Shown: positions 12,122-26,232 of the stretch, piece by piece | How the letters are laid out: each line of letters begins with the position of its first letter | Numbering within the stretch: the stretch's first letter is position 1 | DNA from: the human T2T-CHM13v2.0 reference genome, Homo sapiens | Length of the DNA: 64,000 bases | NCBI RefSeq assembly: GCF_009914755.1 | Contig: NC_060933.1 | Strand: one strand, 5' to 3' | The notes under the pieces: generated by a model | Database searches by the model: none | What the model saw: only the letters and a program-made list of their open reading frames with translations | What the model was told of the DNA's origin: nothing | Made by a program: the position numbers and the translations under genes

Positions 12122-14552
12122 GATGTACTGAACATGAAAAAGTACAAAGAATCCAAACACAAAAGAAAACATGTACAGCCTCTTAAATACTCAACAGAAT
12201 ATATTTTCTATTCCAACAGATGTGAATTAAGTCATACTGTACAACTTCAAATAAATACCAGCCTTACATTTTATTAAGTGCTCTGATAAAACACTGTAAA
12301 GTGAAGCACAATTTGCATGCCCTCTCATCAATGCCTTGGTTTGCTACAGTAGTATAGGAAAGAAGCATGTAGCTGCTGTTTTCCCTTGAGGGAAACCTTA
12401 TTATTTTTTTTTAAGTATATACATGTATTTTATTTTTTAGTGTTTTTCTTTTTTTAAACGCAGAAGGTTAACTCTGGCAATCTAAATGCACCTAAGGATA
12501 TGAGAAAGTGCTAAGCCAATTGATTTCTGAATAGCATTGAGTGGGTCAGCATGAAAACTCGCTTATTCACTTTAGCACGCGCCTCACAGTATATGTACTG
12601 TACTATACTGAAAAATTTTATAACTACAATTTTAAATAATAAAAAATAAAACTCAAAGCAACCGCAAAGATAATGTACAACTATGTTATGCATAGCACAT
12701 TGCCTGTTCTAAGGGGAAGCATGTGAGCATCTCAGTTTATACAAAAAGCAGGACGTAACTATATAGTTCTCAGTGCATCCTGATGAAGGCATTTTTGCCT
12801 TCAGCTTTTTTGAAAATTTATTATAAGCTAGATGCTAATCAGAAAATATTTTGTATTTTTTAAAATTTCTTTCATACATGGTAAAGACTTATTTTATTAT
12901 TTCCCCAAATAGTGGTTTTTAAGCATCATACAAAGTTAAATTTCAATAGCATACAGATATTTATGATTTTTGTATGAAAAATGTAAGGAAATTTGTTCAA
13001 AACCTATGGTTATACTCATTTTTTTATACCACAAACATATTTATAAACGAAAATGTAGCATCACCATAAACAGCTGAAGCTAGACTATCTACAGACAAAA
13101 TTTGCAACAAATCTGATGCACTGTAAATTCAAGTCCTCAGGACAACAAAAGTGATTAAGCAAGACCTCAAGTAACAATGTTAATGCCATTTACAAAGGAA
13201 AAAACTGATACAAAAACATTCAAAACCTGAACATCACTTGGCATGTAAGGGAAAAAAAATTAAATTAGCTGAAAGGTTCAAAAACACAAGGTCTTATTTA
13301 CATTACACAAAGCTCAGGTGTTAGCCTTGAACGTAACTTTCAAAATACCTTCAAATATATCCAACTCAGATCACTTTTGCTGATTTGCTGCAGTACAAAT
13401 CATGTGCAACGTCTTTTTTCCTTAAGACAAAACAATTCTTCAAACAATACTGCAAGTACATCACTAAACACCATGAGCTCTATCTGAAGGGATTTCTTTA
13501 GGAAGAACAGATTTTTTCCCCCATCTCTCGGTAATTTAAATTTCTTGCCTGCTCTTATATATTCTTTTGTAAATTTTTTTTATTTGTTTCAAAATCACAA
13601 ATCAATGTGAGCCACCTATCACATAATAACCAGGATGATCAGACGCTCCACTGGTGATTACAAAAATGAAACCAGCAGTGTTTCCCCCCATTGATTCTAC
13701 TCCTTTCATACAAAGATCTCAAAAGTATTTTCTACACCATAAATCTTTCTAAATTTTCCAACCGCTGCAAATTTCCTGGTAAATTTTAAAAGCTCACTAG
13801 GTGTCATATGAAGAGATTTCTCAAAGTATTCAAGTCAAAATATTTGTTCCAGGACCAGTAAAAAGTTTCTCCAAATTTTCTTTTTTATAAAAATAGATGC
13901 TTTTTTTAAACCCACATCAAAGAGGCTCTTATCTCTTTGGCAAGGTACTGCTTTACGAAAAGTTCTCCAGTATTCTTACAATAAGCGTTTATAATGTAGC
14001 CCCCCCTTCCCCAACCCAAATCATAATTACAAAATAAATACTGTTTTAAACTTCATAAATAAAAATGTAAACTTCAAAATACTTTTCTTAAACAGACATA
14101 ACAGCAATGCTTTAAATGTAAACCAAACACAAAGCTAATCAGAAAAAGGAAAAAAAGGGGGGAAAAAAAAGACACAACCAACTGAAGAATTACAACACAA
14201 AGCCTCAATATTTACTCACAGGTTCAAGGCAGTTATGTAAAAAGAAAAGAAATGTCTTCCCTTAGCTGAAACACTTTAAAAGGTCCACCTTCTTCAAAGA
14301 AGGCAATAGAATGCAATGTGACAGGTAAAAACCCTGTACCTCTTGTCCATATTCAAACATAAAAGATATTTAAGAAGTTTTAATTCAAATACTAGCAATA
14401 AAAAATCTCACATATTTCTTAGGATGCTAAGTAGTCATTTTATCCCCATCTCAACACTGACTTACAAAGACATTTACTAATGTATAAAGTTTCTCTTAAC
14501 TTGCCTTTGTTGTATAGTTTTCATATATAAATGGACTGAGGACAAGAGCTCA
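12096..14552 (-). promoter_or_regulatory. ELAVL2: ELAVL2 3'UTR (~2.45 kb): U/AU-rich, no recognisable transposons, several poly(A) hexamers
   Basis: U-rich on the sense strand; AATAAA (tttatt on +) at 13579, 12893, 12817, 12429, 12270 and 12116. Confidence 0.85.
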
Positions 14553-15074
<522 letters not shown>

Positions 15075-15443
15075 TTAATAAGTTATGAAATGACCATTAT
15101 TCACTGTACTGATTATCATCCACAATAGCAAAGAAATATATTTAGAACTGGCTTCATGAATTAAGCAGGATTGGCAGGGGAAGGGATCAACACATACGTA
15201 AACATGCTGTAACGTCGTAACGCAATACGAAACAAATGATGGGTTTTTAAAAGACCAGGTGGCATCCGGTGGTATAAAAATTTCTTGAGTCAATTGTGCT
15301 TCAAAGAGCAGCTTTTCATTAGGTTGCACATGCAAAATAAAACCCAACAAAAACTTATGAGGGGTGTGAATAGCACTCCCAAAATCAAAGAAACCAATCA
15401 ACTGTGGAAAGGGATTATGAGTATCATGAACCTCTATCATTAC

Positions 15444-15482
15444 CTCTTTACTCCATAAGCCATATTGAGCAGATTGTCCAAC
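15444..15482 (-). CDS. ELAVL2: ELAVL2 39-nt alternatively spliced hinge cassette exon: (R)LDNLLNMAYGVK(R)
   Basis: Acceptor gtgtgttttgcag|GTTG and donor GAG|gtaatg; symmetric phase 2-2; matches the known 13-aa difference between Hel-N1 and Hel-N2. Confidence 0.93.
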
Positions 15483-16837
15483 CTGCAAAACACACATTTA
15501 GCAAACTTCAGTTTTTAATTTTTCCCCTTGATGTTCAAGAAAGTTGGGCTCATTACTGCCATCTTCCGAGGGGATATCTGTACACTGATTATATGTGAAG
15601 ACTCAGAATGCTGGGTCTTTTTACGTTTTTAAGCTAATGGGCACCGACTGCCACAGGACAGTTCTTCCAATGAATGGTTTCTCTCTACAAGGGTCAGTAC
15701 ATGGGACACAGTGACGGTCATCTGAGGATACCTTTCAGAGAGGAAGTGCGAAAGCTCTGGGATAGTTAACTTTAGGGTTCTCATCAGGTAGCTTCAAAGT
15801 GATCAATGTATAGCTACATGTTCTTTATACTACTTTTGATTTTCACAACTCTGTTGGTGCCTGCAGATACCTAAGGCACACAGGGTTTAAGTGGCTTGCT
15901 CAAGACCACAGGGCTAGTAAATTATGGCATTGATACTCAAACTCTGCAGGTTACAGAATTCTATACATTTTCCTTTCATTTCCCAACTTTGAAGGGCTTT
16001 CATCTTTTAGAATCAAGGAGGTATAATTACAGGTAGAAAAAACCTTATGGACAACCCAAGCTAACCCTCCCATTTCTCAAATGTGCTCAGCTGAGGTCTA
16101 GAGAAGGAAAAAAGAAAAATCCATCACTCCAGTGTGCAACAAAGCCAAGAGTTCAGATCCTGATCTGGATGCTGTATTCAAATTATGCTACAGGAAGTGT
16201 CGTCCTACTCAGTTTTCAAAGGCCAGGTAGGAAACAAAACAAGCCAATCTGAGCCTCACTTAAAATGTTTATAGAAAGTAAATAGGGGTGGGGGTGGAGG
16301 TGTAAGTACTCTTTAAAACCTTCTACCTTTTTCCTATATCAAATATTAGTTTTACAGCATTTGACTCTTCTTTATCAGTTTCAAAACACCACTCTAATGT
16401 CCCAAATTTCCACAGTGCTTACCAACTAATTATGTGTTCTGAGGAGGAGGCATAACTTAATACATAGTCCACAACCACCCTCAACTGCTACAATGCTCAA
16501 CACTCTCCAAAGACATCCCAGGGTTTTCCCTCTGGGACTGGGGGTGGGGGTGAGAATTTTTTCTTTAACACCCGTGAAAGGTAAGTTTGAAAAGTCTCAG
16601 CCTTATCACCTAACCTGTGGCATCAAGTCACGCTAAAGTATACATGCAAAAGCCAACACCTTTTAGTTTTGTAAAAGCCAAAACACATCTCATCTGGTCT
16701 TTCAGAATGGGGAAATATATAGCCTCCCACATCCCTGCCCTCAGTCTCCACTGAAAATTCTGTTTTGTAAAGATGAGAAGAACTGAGCTTATGCAAAGTG
16801 TAAGGAAACAGAACAGATCACAATGACAAAAGATCTT

Positions 16838-16886
16838 CGTGTGTGAGTGTGTCTCTGTGTGCGTGGTGCGTGTGTGTGTGTGCGTG
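16838..16886. repeat. Imperfect (GT)n microsatellite
   Basis: Read directly from the sequence. Confidence 0.8.
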
Positions 16887-17493
16887 CCTTGACCCACCAC
16901 CCTCTCATTGCACCACTGAGCACAAGCCAGGGTCACTGATAGTTTATAATAAATATGTGATGACCAAATAAAGACAATGAGGTTACCAAAATTATGGTCA
17001 ACTTAGTCCAGAATGAAAACTAGTAAGAGGATTGGTTGGATGACCTTGTCTGCACATAAGTAAAAAGATGTGGGGTTTTATTTTTTGCAGAGGTGAGTAC
17101 AGTCAAAGATGCCATGCCTTTATAGTCAAGAATAAGGATCACAACTACCAGCAATAAAGACAAACACATATTAGCATCACCAATCATAAAGTAACAATAC
17201 AACTTTATCAAATTGCTGGAATGATCAACACAGAATGCATTTGGCATATGCTACCTGTAGAAGAGAACCGCATATTGAGGTCTCCAACCAAAGTGCTAGA
17301 AGACCCAGAATGCAGAGGCACCTTATCAATTCACTCAAAAGTTACATCATCTATGCCCATTAATTGCATCCATGTAGGGACAGGTCATGCTTTGCTACCA
17401 CCCACTCAGGACACCAAGCATACGCCCAGAGACAGATGAGTTTTCAGAATTTTCAAACAGGGTAGAAACCAAATCTGCCCCTGAAGTGAATTA

Positions 17494-17870
17494 CCGTCAG
17501 GCCTTTTTTAACAATGGGGATATGTTCTGAAAATGTGTCACTAGGTGATCTCGTTGTTGTACGATCATAGAATGCACTTATACAAACCTAGATGGTAATA
17601 GCCTACCACACACCTAGTTATATGGTATGGGCTATGGCTCCCAGTCTACAAACCTGTATAACATGTCACTGTACTGAATACTGTAGGTAATTCTAACACA
17701 ATGCTAAGTATTGTGTATTTAACCATATCTAAACATAGAAAAGGTAATGCATTGCACAATATTAGGATGACTATGATATCACTAGACAATAGGAATTTTT
17801 TGCAGTCTACTATATTATGGTACCACGGTCGTACATGTGATTAACTGAAACGTTATGTGATGCATGACTG
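17494..17870. mobile_element. Tigger3-family (TcMar) non-autonomous DNA transposon
   Basis: TA flanks, terminal ...gcatgactg, internal cacttatacaaacctagatgg..tagcctac.acacacctag. Confidence 0.75.
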
Positions 17871-18242
17871 TACATGCAGTGAGGGAGAAACATTTCGTTT
17901 TCCATCCTCCATCTCCCTCACTTCCATCTCTGGCATCCCCAGACAGGAGGTTTCGAATTTTTTATAACAGGATCTCCGAGGACCCTCCAAATTATGATAG
18001 GGCATCTTTTTTACCCTATCTGTGAAGTTTTACATGATACCATGATCTTCACTGATTCCTTCACTTCTCTCTCATTTTAGAAAAAAATTGGTCCTTTGGA
18101 ACTAAGCCAAGTTATCCACTCTAATCTTTCTTCTCCTCCATCACCAACGAGTGTAGGGAGAAGCATGGAACCTAGAAAACAGTGCCCAGGCACTGCTGAA
18201 GCCCCCTGACTGTATGCATCTGAGCCCAGAAGTATTTCCTAG

Positions 18243-18765
<523 letters not shown>

Positions 18766-21700
18766 ATCTTTTATTTATGGTCATTTATAAATGGAAGTCA
18801 ATTTTTAAATGGAGAGCAAGCTAGCTGCCTCCAGAATATCTCAGGGAGGGGTGTGGATGATAACGTAGTACATATGGAAGGTAAATATTAAAGTATCCAT
18901 TAAATATATATTTAAAATAAAATATAAAATAAATATGTATTTAAAATAAAGTATTTTTTACTTATATTTAATAGATGCACTGAACCCAGTACCTTCTCAG
19001 TCCTGTGTATCACCTGCCTCCCTGGGGGAAGACTGAGCAATCATCGAAGGGGAGAGGCGGCGAGTGGCACTCTCTCCTGCTCTTTAGCCTGAACAAAATC
19101 CATTTTACAAATAACACAGCAAGCAGATATGGAGGATTAGACTGGATAACCTGCTTTAATTAAAATGACCTCCATTTAAAGAAAAAGTAACTTAAAAAAA
19201 GATTACTACAAATGTAAATCAGAGTAAAGAATGGTACCAGTAAGGGAAATACAAGTAAATAAGGAAAGGGAGAGCCGATTATTTCTCCTACTCTTAGTAC
19301 AAGCTACATTATAAGGTTAGACACAAGATAATCCAACATGCATCACATGAAGTCAGATGAGATATCTGAAATTATTTTATGGTCTTGCTTTAAAAGACAT
19401 TTATTAAGATATTAGGTACATGGAAAATGAAGCCAACCAGTATAGTAATTAGCAAGACATTTAATACAGATTGTCTCATCTTTATCCTTTTTTATGTTTG
19501 ATTAGAGTTTATAATTTAATGAATAGCACACGCCCATGTACATATGTAATTTATGAAAAAGGCACATAGGAGAGAGATGTGTATAAACATTTTTCTATCA
19601 ACAGGACCAAAGCTCCAATTATAACCTGTCAAAATTTTGAACAGAACCATGTATCAGATCATTCCTATTTTAAAGCTAGGTGTTCATAAGTAGAAAATAA
19701 AAATAAAGTACCTGCCTAATTTCTAAAAAAATTAGCTGATGGACTATGGGAAGGCCTACATGTAAGTAAGGGGAAATGTGAACCCGATTAAAGTCAGAAA
19801 TAAAAATAGGAAGATAAGTTATTGATGGGTAAGAAAATATACTCGGAATCCCACAAATAATGATTATCAAAATCTCTCCAAAGCGCCAACCGAGAACTGC
19901 TTGGAAATTATCTACAACAAGATCATCTTCTTACTGCCTTACTGCCTTATTCAATTAGATGGTATCATCTGTCCTCTAAGAAAGAGGAAAAGTATTCAAG
20001 GGGATTGATACCGGTTTCTTCCAAAAGGAAATTGTGATAATGCAACCAGTACGTCATGCCTTAAAGGCAACTCAAGTGCTCATTTAAAAGGCTTTTTAAA
20101 AAATGCATAAAGGCTCATAGAAGCAGGCACACAGGTCATTACACTAGATCATATTCAATAAAATTATAGCTGTTTCACAGAAAAGAACATGAAAAAATTT
20201 GGCTTAAAGTTTAATTCTGATATCATGTCCCAAGAATATACTTAAGGGGCTTGAATTACACCATCCATCCAAATAAATAAGGCTTGTCCTATTTTGAAAA
20301 CTGCAGTCAATTAAATAAGCGTATTAGACCAGCAGTGCTCATATTACAACAATTCTCTGATTATTCATAGGTTGACTAAGCCATAAACCTCACAAACCCA
20401 CCTTTAAACTTAACCCTTATTACATGGATTTTTAAGCTTTTTGACCATAAAAGATATGGCTCATACTTTATGATTATTAAAAGTATTCTTGACCATAATA
20501 CATATAACTTATATTGCTCAATCTCTCTCAACTCCCAAGGTACTATGAGAACATAAAAATACAGTGAGAAATTTTCTACATGTCTGCTGAAAGGTGACAA
20601 AAACTCAAGGCAAGAGCATTAAAACACAAATATCAGGGACAAAATAGATCTGTGTGATGATTTAGACTCGAACTACAGAAAACAGCAAAAATACCAACAA
20701 AACAAGCAAGCCCTTAATTCAAGTTTCTTTATCAGGTGAAAGAAGAAGGGGGAGTGGGGCGGAAATCAAGATAATGACAACCAGGTTCAATATACTGTAT
20801 TAAAGAAAAGCATCAAACATCAGGTTAAACCTGAAATCTGATTTCTTCCAACACACCCAATCTAGATCAAACACTATCTCTGAGCACACTAACTCGTTCA
20901 TATTTTATTATCTGGACAGGGATCATGGGAGGAATGAGAAATGGGGTGAATGGGACAACAGTTAAAAATCTGAAGAGAGAATAACAATTTCTCCCATTTT
21001 CTGAAACCAAGTTTCCCTTACAACTGACAATCTCTTATTCTCTTCTTCCAAAATGTCTTTCTATAGGAGTGAAGGAAAAAGAATTTTCAAGTTAATGATA
21101 ACATATGGTACTAAAAGATAAAAACACAGAATGGGCCAGAAAAAGATAATTAAATTTGACCATAAGAACATCCTGTAAAGCTTTACTCAACCAAAAATAA
21201 AAAGCACAGAGCCTGCAGGGATGGAGGCTAGGTAAACCTAAGGGCTGACACCCATCAACAACCTAGCACCTGAGTCACCTACAAGCCTTGCCATTTCAAT
21301 AATCAGGCACTCTCCCAAATCCTGTCTTCTCAATCTTCCTAAGAATTCAATCTTGATTCCAAGAACTTTGTTTTACTTAATAACTATCAAACAAAATCAT
21401 TGCTTCAATCTGGAAAAAAAAAGTAGCTAATATAGCTTTCCACTAACAGCAAACATTTTATAACTTCACAATGTTAAAAATCAACCAATACATTATGAAG
21501 AACTTTGTTCTATCTAAACTCGAGATCATTTTCAAGGCCCCAAAGAGCTCTGAAATTAACTGGACAAGCTGCCTAGGAAATACCTGTAAAATTCCTTCAG
21601 GCTTGTTCATCCTACGTTTGCAATTTAAAAAAGTATATTTATACATATATTATTCACTTAAGATGTCACAGAGGAAACCTATGTGCAGAGCTGAAAAAGG

Positions 21701-21804
21701 GCTTTCTTTGTGAGACTTCTTTCTCCACAAAGGCAAGCATCAGGCAGCCCCACGCATCTCCCACACTAGTCTGATCACCACTACCATGGGAAGTCAAAGG
21801 TGGC

Positions 21805-21809
<5 letters not shown>

Positions 21810-21857
<48 letters not shown>
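21810..21857. repeat. Pure T48 homopolymer (A48 on ELAVL2 sense strand)
   Basis: Counted from the sequence. Confidence 0.97.
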
Positions 21858-21861
<4 letters not shown>

Positions 21862-22528
21862 CCAATGCCTTTTCCTCACAGCAGAGCATGAAGTACAAGG
21901 CTCAATGCTTTTGACAGTACCACCTCTTCTCCCACGGCAAAGGCCAACTTAAGTTGAAATTTAATGTGGCATTCATAACAAATTTCCTTCTCATATCTCA
22001 AGCAACATAATTTAGTATTTTTTTAAAAGGAGCTATTTTTAACTGATTTTATCTCCACTCTCTTCAGCACTGCAAATATTCCAATGAAAAAAATAAATGC
22101 ATAGATTTAAGCTAGAAAACATAACTCCTGATCTTATTAGGTTATATTTGTGATTATATTTTTGGTAATTAACTATTCTGTCCCATGAATGAAATAAATA
22201 AAATTGATATGCACTTGGAAATAATTTTTAAAAATCAGTGTGGGGTTAGATAGCATTCTGGGTATAGTGTACCATATGGCCAAAAAGGATATTTAAAAAT
22301 GTCCTGGAAAATAAAAACTGCATGACTTGCTTATGAAACCAAAAACTCTCTGCTCTGCTTAACTTCTTAAAGTCACTGTTCTTCTCACATGCAGATTAGA
22401 GATTTTTTGAATGACTCCTGGTTTGTTATCCCAGGATCAGAATAAAACTTAAACAGTTAGCATATGTACACCTGTCAGTGAGATAGAGTGTCTTCTTTGG
22501 GCTAAAGCCACGGTCATTCTATGAACTA

Positions 22529-22731
22529 CAGAGAGGTCAGTAAATTACAACCGACAGGCCAAATGGAGACTGCCTCCCACCTGTTGCTGTATGGGCTATA
22601 AGCTAAGAATGGCTTTTACATTTTTAACAGGTTGTTTAAAAACAAAAACAAGACAGATGCAACAGTGACCATAACCCATAAAGTTAAATATTTACTATCT
22701 GGTACTGTACAGAGAAAGTCTGCCAACCTGT
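22529..22731. mobile_element. MER58-like hAT-Charlie relic
   Basis: gctaagaatggcttttacatttt...aaatatttactatctgg...acagagaaagtctgccaacc. Confidence 0.55.
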
Positions 22732-22945
22732 TTGTAAACAATTTTGAAAAGGAAGAGAGGAACTCATTTGTAGAAACTTCACGTAGTCACATAGGTTATA
22801 TACCCTTAATGGTGCACATACTATAAAGTGAAGTAACAGAAACAGCTTGACCTAAAAATTGACACATGAGAATAAAATCCTTTAAGAAAAAAAAAAAAGG
22901 AAATCTGAAGCCCTGGAAACAATTCAGATAACCCCAGAAAGCTAC

Positions 22946-23161
22946 AGATTAGAATTTCTCAACCACAGCATTATTGGTGCTTTGGACCAGGTAACTTCTG
23001 GTTGCTGGGGCTATGCTGTACACTGTAGGAGCTTAGCAGCATCCCCGACCTCTAGCATTACATGCTAGTAGCACCCCCACAGGTTGTGCCAACATGAATA
23101 CCTCTAGACATTGCCAAATGTTCCCTGGGAGGCAAAAATCACCCTTGGTTAAGAATCACTG
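22946..23161. mobile_element. MER20 hAT-Charlie element
   Basis: ttctcaacc...tagcagcatcccc...ctagacattgccaaatgttccctggg.ggcaaaaatcaccc.tggttaagaatcactg. Confidence 0.75.
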
Positions 23162-23382
23162 CTGTAGGTTACTGTCCTTTGGTCCCCACCTTCAATATTA
23201 GCAAAAGACACTATTCCTCAAGTAGATTCTCTCTGTGCCCATGGAGATGAAAAATTAATAGTAATAAAACCAACAACACTGACAAAAGCAAACCAGAGAT
23301 CCTGTCAATAAAAGTACTGGACAGTAAACCTGAGTATTCTCTTTCAGTTTAGTAGCTGGGCACAAGAACCAAACCAGACTTA

Positions 23383-23682
<300 letters not shown>

Positions 23683-25009
23683 TTAATTTTTCCTTCTCAA
23701 GAACATGTTTTCACCTACATATAACATTTCCCACAAAATCACACCAGGAGGAAACTTTCCCCTTTACTTACTAGCCATTCAGTTTAGAATCACAATTTTG
23801 CATTTTTAGAAAAATTCGTGTCACTTACATAATCTGAGTACCCATTATCACATGCATTCCAATCAGCTAAGACAAGAAAACACAAGCATGTCCATGTTTT
23901 CTCTCTCTCCCACCTCCCTCCCGTACACTCTTTTAATGTCAATAGTGTACCGGAGTTCCATTTTTCAATTTGTGCTATTGGATAAGCAGCTCAGAAATGA
24001 GGGACACAGTAGTTCCTGTCCTTGAAACAAGGAGAACAGAAAGAAGAATTTGCTAAAAATGCTACAAAGCTATGCTAAAAATACATACACTGTGGTAGAA
24101 AGACATTTCGGTTGAAATTTTAAATAATATATTCAGCTTAATAATATTGCATAGGATATAGGTCCTTTAGGAAAAAAATGCCTGAAAATGCTCTTCCAGT
24201 TCTCTGAAGCTCTCTTGTGCTTCTGACTAGCTATATTTTATTACAGAAAAATATTATATGGAGAAAAAGAAAAGACGTAGATTTTTAAAAATAAATAAAT
24301 TTCTAGAAGTAAAGCATCAAAGCTTTCTGACCTCAGCAGCATCACTCCTGACTACAGAAGATCACTCCCTGCCCCACATTCTCCCCAGTGTGAAAGACAC
24401 AAATGGGAAAGGATAGCCAAGAACCTTTCCAGGTTATGAAAAATTGTAGAGGGAAACCCAGCTTATTCCATTTAATTAGCGTGAACAGGCTAGTGGGGTG
24501 ACCACAGCTGGTCATCATGAGATAAGCAGTGGCAGGGAAATTTTTTTTGGCAACTAAATGAGCACTGGACCATCATACTTGGAGGAGCTTAAAAAAAAAA
24601 AAAGAAAGAAGGTCTACTTGCTTTAAAATTAATACTGTGTAAGGTCAATGACTAAGAATTTTCTAATGTAGACAAAGCATTTTTTCCACATATGCGTATC
24701 TAAGACAGCCCCTATCACTTTACCTTTTCTATTTAAAGAGCATGCATTGCACATTATTACCACCTGATGGCTGAATAAGAAAATTGCAGGGTTTCATTTT
24801 TCATTTCAGGTAAATTGAGTAAGTTCACTTTGAAAGCCTTAAGTATGAAGAATAAATAGTGAAATGATAGCAAATCCTTTCACTTATCTACTAGCGCCTA
24901 TTAAGAATTAATAACCTCTAGAATTTAGCTGTTCCATTAGAAAAGCATCAGATTAGCAAAAAAAAAAAAAAAAAAAAAAAAACAGCCTCTACACAGCTAG
25001 AGTCACCTA

Positions 25010-25171
25010 AATCGGTGGTCCTCCTACTTAAGCATACCTAAGAACAACCTGTGGCTCACCCTCAGAGATTTATTCAGTAGGTTCTGAATGAAGCCCAATA
25101 ATTTGCATTTTTAGCAGGGTTCCAGAAGACTGCTGATACTGCAGGTGCGGGACATACTTGAGAACCGCTGA
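25010..25171. mobile_element. MER5A-like hAT element
   Basis: ctcagagatttattcagtaggt...aatttgcatttttagcagg...ttgagaaccgctg. Confidence 0.55.
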
Positions 25172-25920
25172 CTAAAACAAGCTAGGTCCACCTGTGATGG
25201 ACTAGCAGGTAAAAGATGAGACGCACTTTGTGTCATAGGTGAAACCTACTCTCAATTCACAAGATCTCAGAATGAATGAATTAGAAAGCACAAATGAAAT
25301 AAAAAATATTTTTGTTGCTTTGAACAAATTCATCTTTATTTCTAGGCCTGGATTTCTATTTAACACCATTATTAGTCTATGTGATAACAACACAGGGTGG
25401 CAATGTATAAGTATTATGAATTAACTAACACAATTAAGGAGGCTGTATTTTATATACTCTCACTTGACTAAATAGTCTCATGACAGCAAAATCTGTAGGC
25501 TATTCTCCCAGGCATGCATGTAGTGCTAGCTCTCTCTACTCAGAACTCTAAAGGTGGTGCTTCCTATGAAGCCAATTAACAACACAGAGGCAGGTAATAT
25601 GGGCTCCTCTGATTAGATTCAGATCAACTAAATGGATCTTCACTTGATGAATGAAAAATCTGGCTCAATTTTCTTCTGAAGTCACTGCTTTAAAAGAATT
25701 AGACATTGTAATATACAACATGCCTCCAAGGTATTATTATTATACGGGTGGCGGGGAGAGAAACAAACAGTGAGGAGAAAAGCTACCTTAAAAAAACAAA
25801 CAAAAACAACCTCACAAATCTTCATGTGGCTGCTTCAGTCTATGGTACTACAGCTAATATTTCCTCCTCACAATGTTTCTCTATTTTTTAACTGTTTCCT
25901 AAAGAACAAGTATTGCTTTC

Positions 25921-26232
25921 ATTTTATTTTTTACTTATTTTTTGAAATGGAGTTTTGCTCTTGTTGCCCATTGCCCAGGCTGGAGTGCAATGGCATGATC
26001 TCAGCTCACCATGACCTCCGCCTCTGGGGTTCAAGTGATTCTCCTGCCTCAGCCTCCTGAGTACCTGGGATTACAGGCATGCGCCATCACACCCAGCTAA
26101 TTTTGTATTTTTAGTAGAGATGGGGCTTCTCTATGTTGGTCACGCTGGTCTTGAACTCCCAACCTCAGGTGATCCGCCCTCCTTGGCCTCCCAAAGTGCT
26201 TGGATTATAGGCATGAGCCACTGTGCCTGGCC
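25921..26232 (-). mobile_element. AluS (Sp/Sq-like) element
   Basis: Full-length reverse Alu; TSD caagtattgcttt on both sides. Confidence 0.95.

Noticed and set aside
17081-17100. ttttttgcag-AG-gtgagt micro-exon-like motif on the + strand
   Set aside because: Antisense to the gene, only 2 nt long and no supporting transcript structure.
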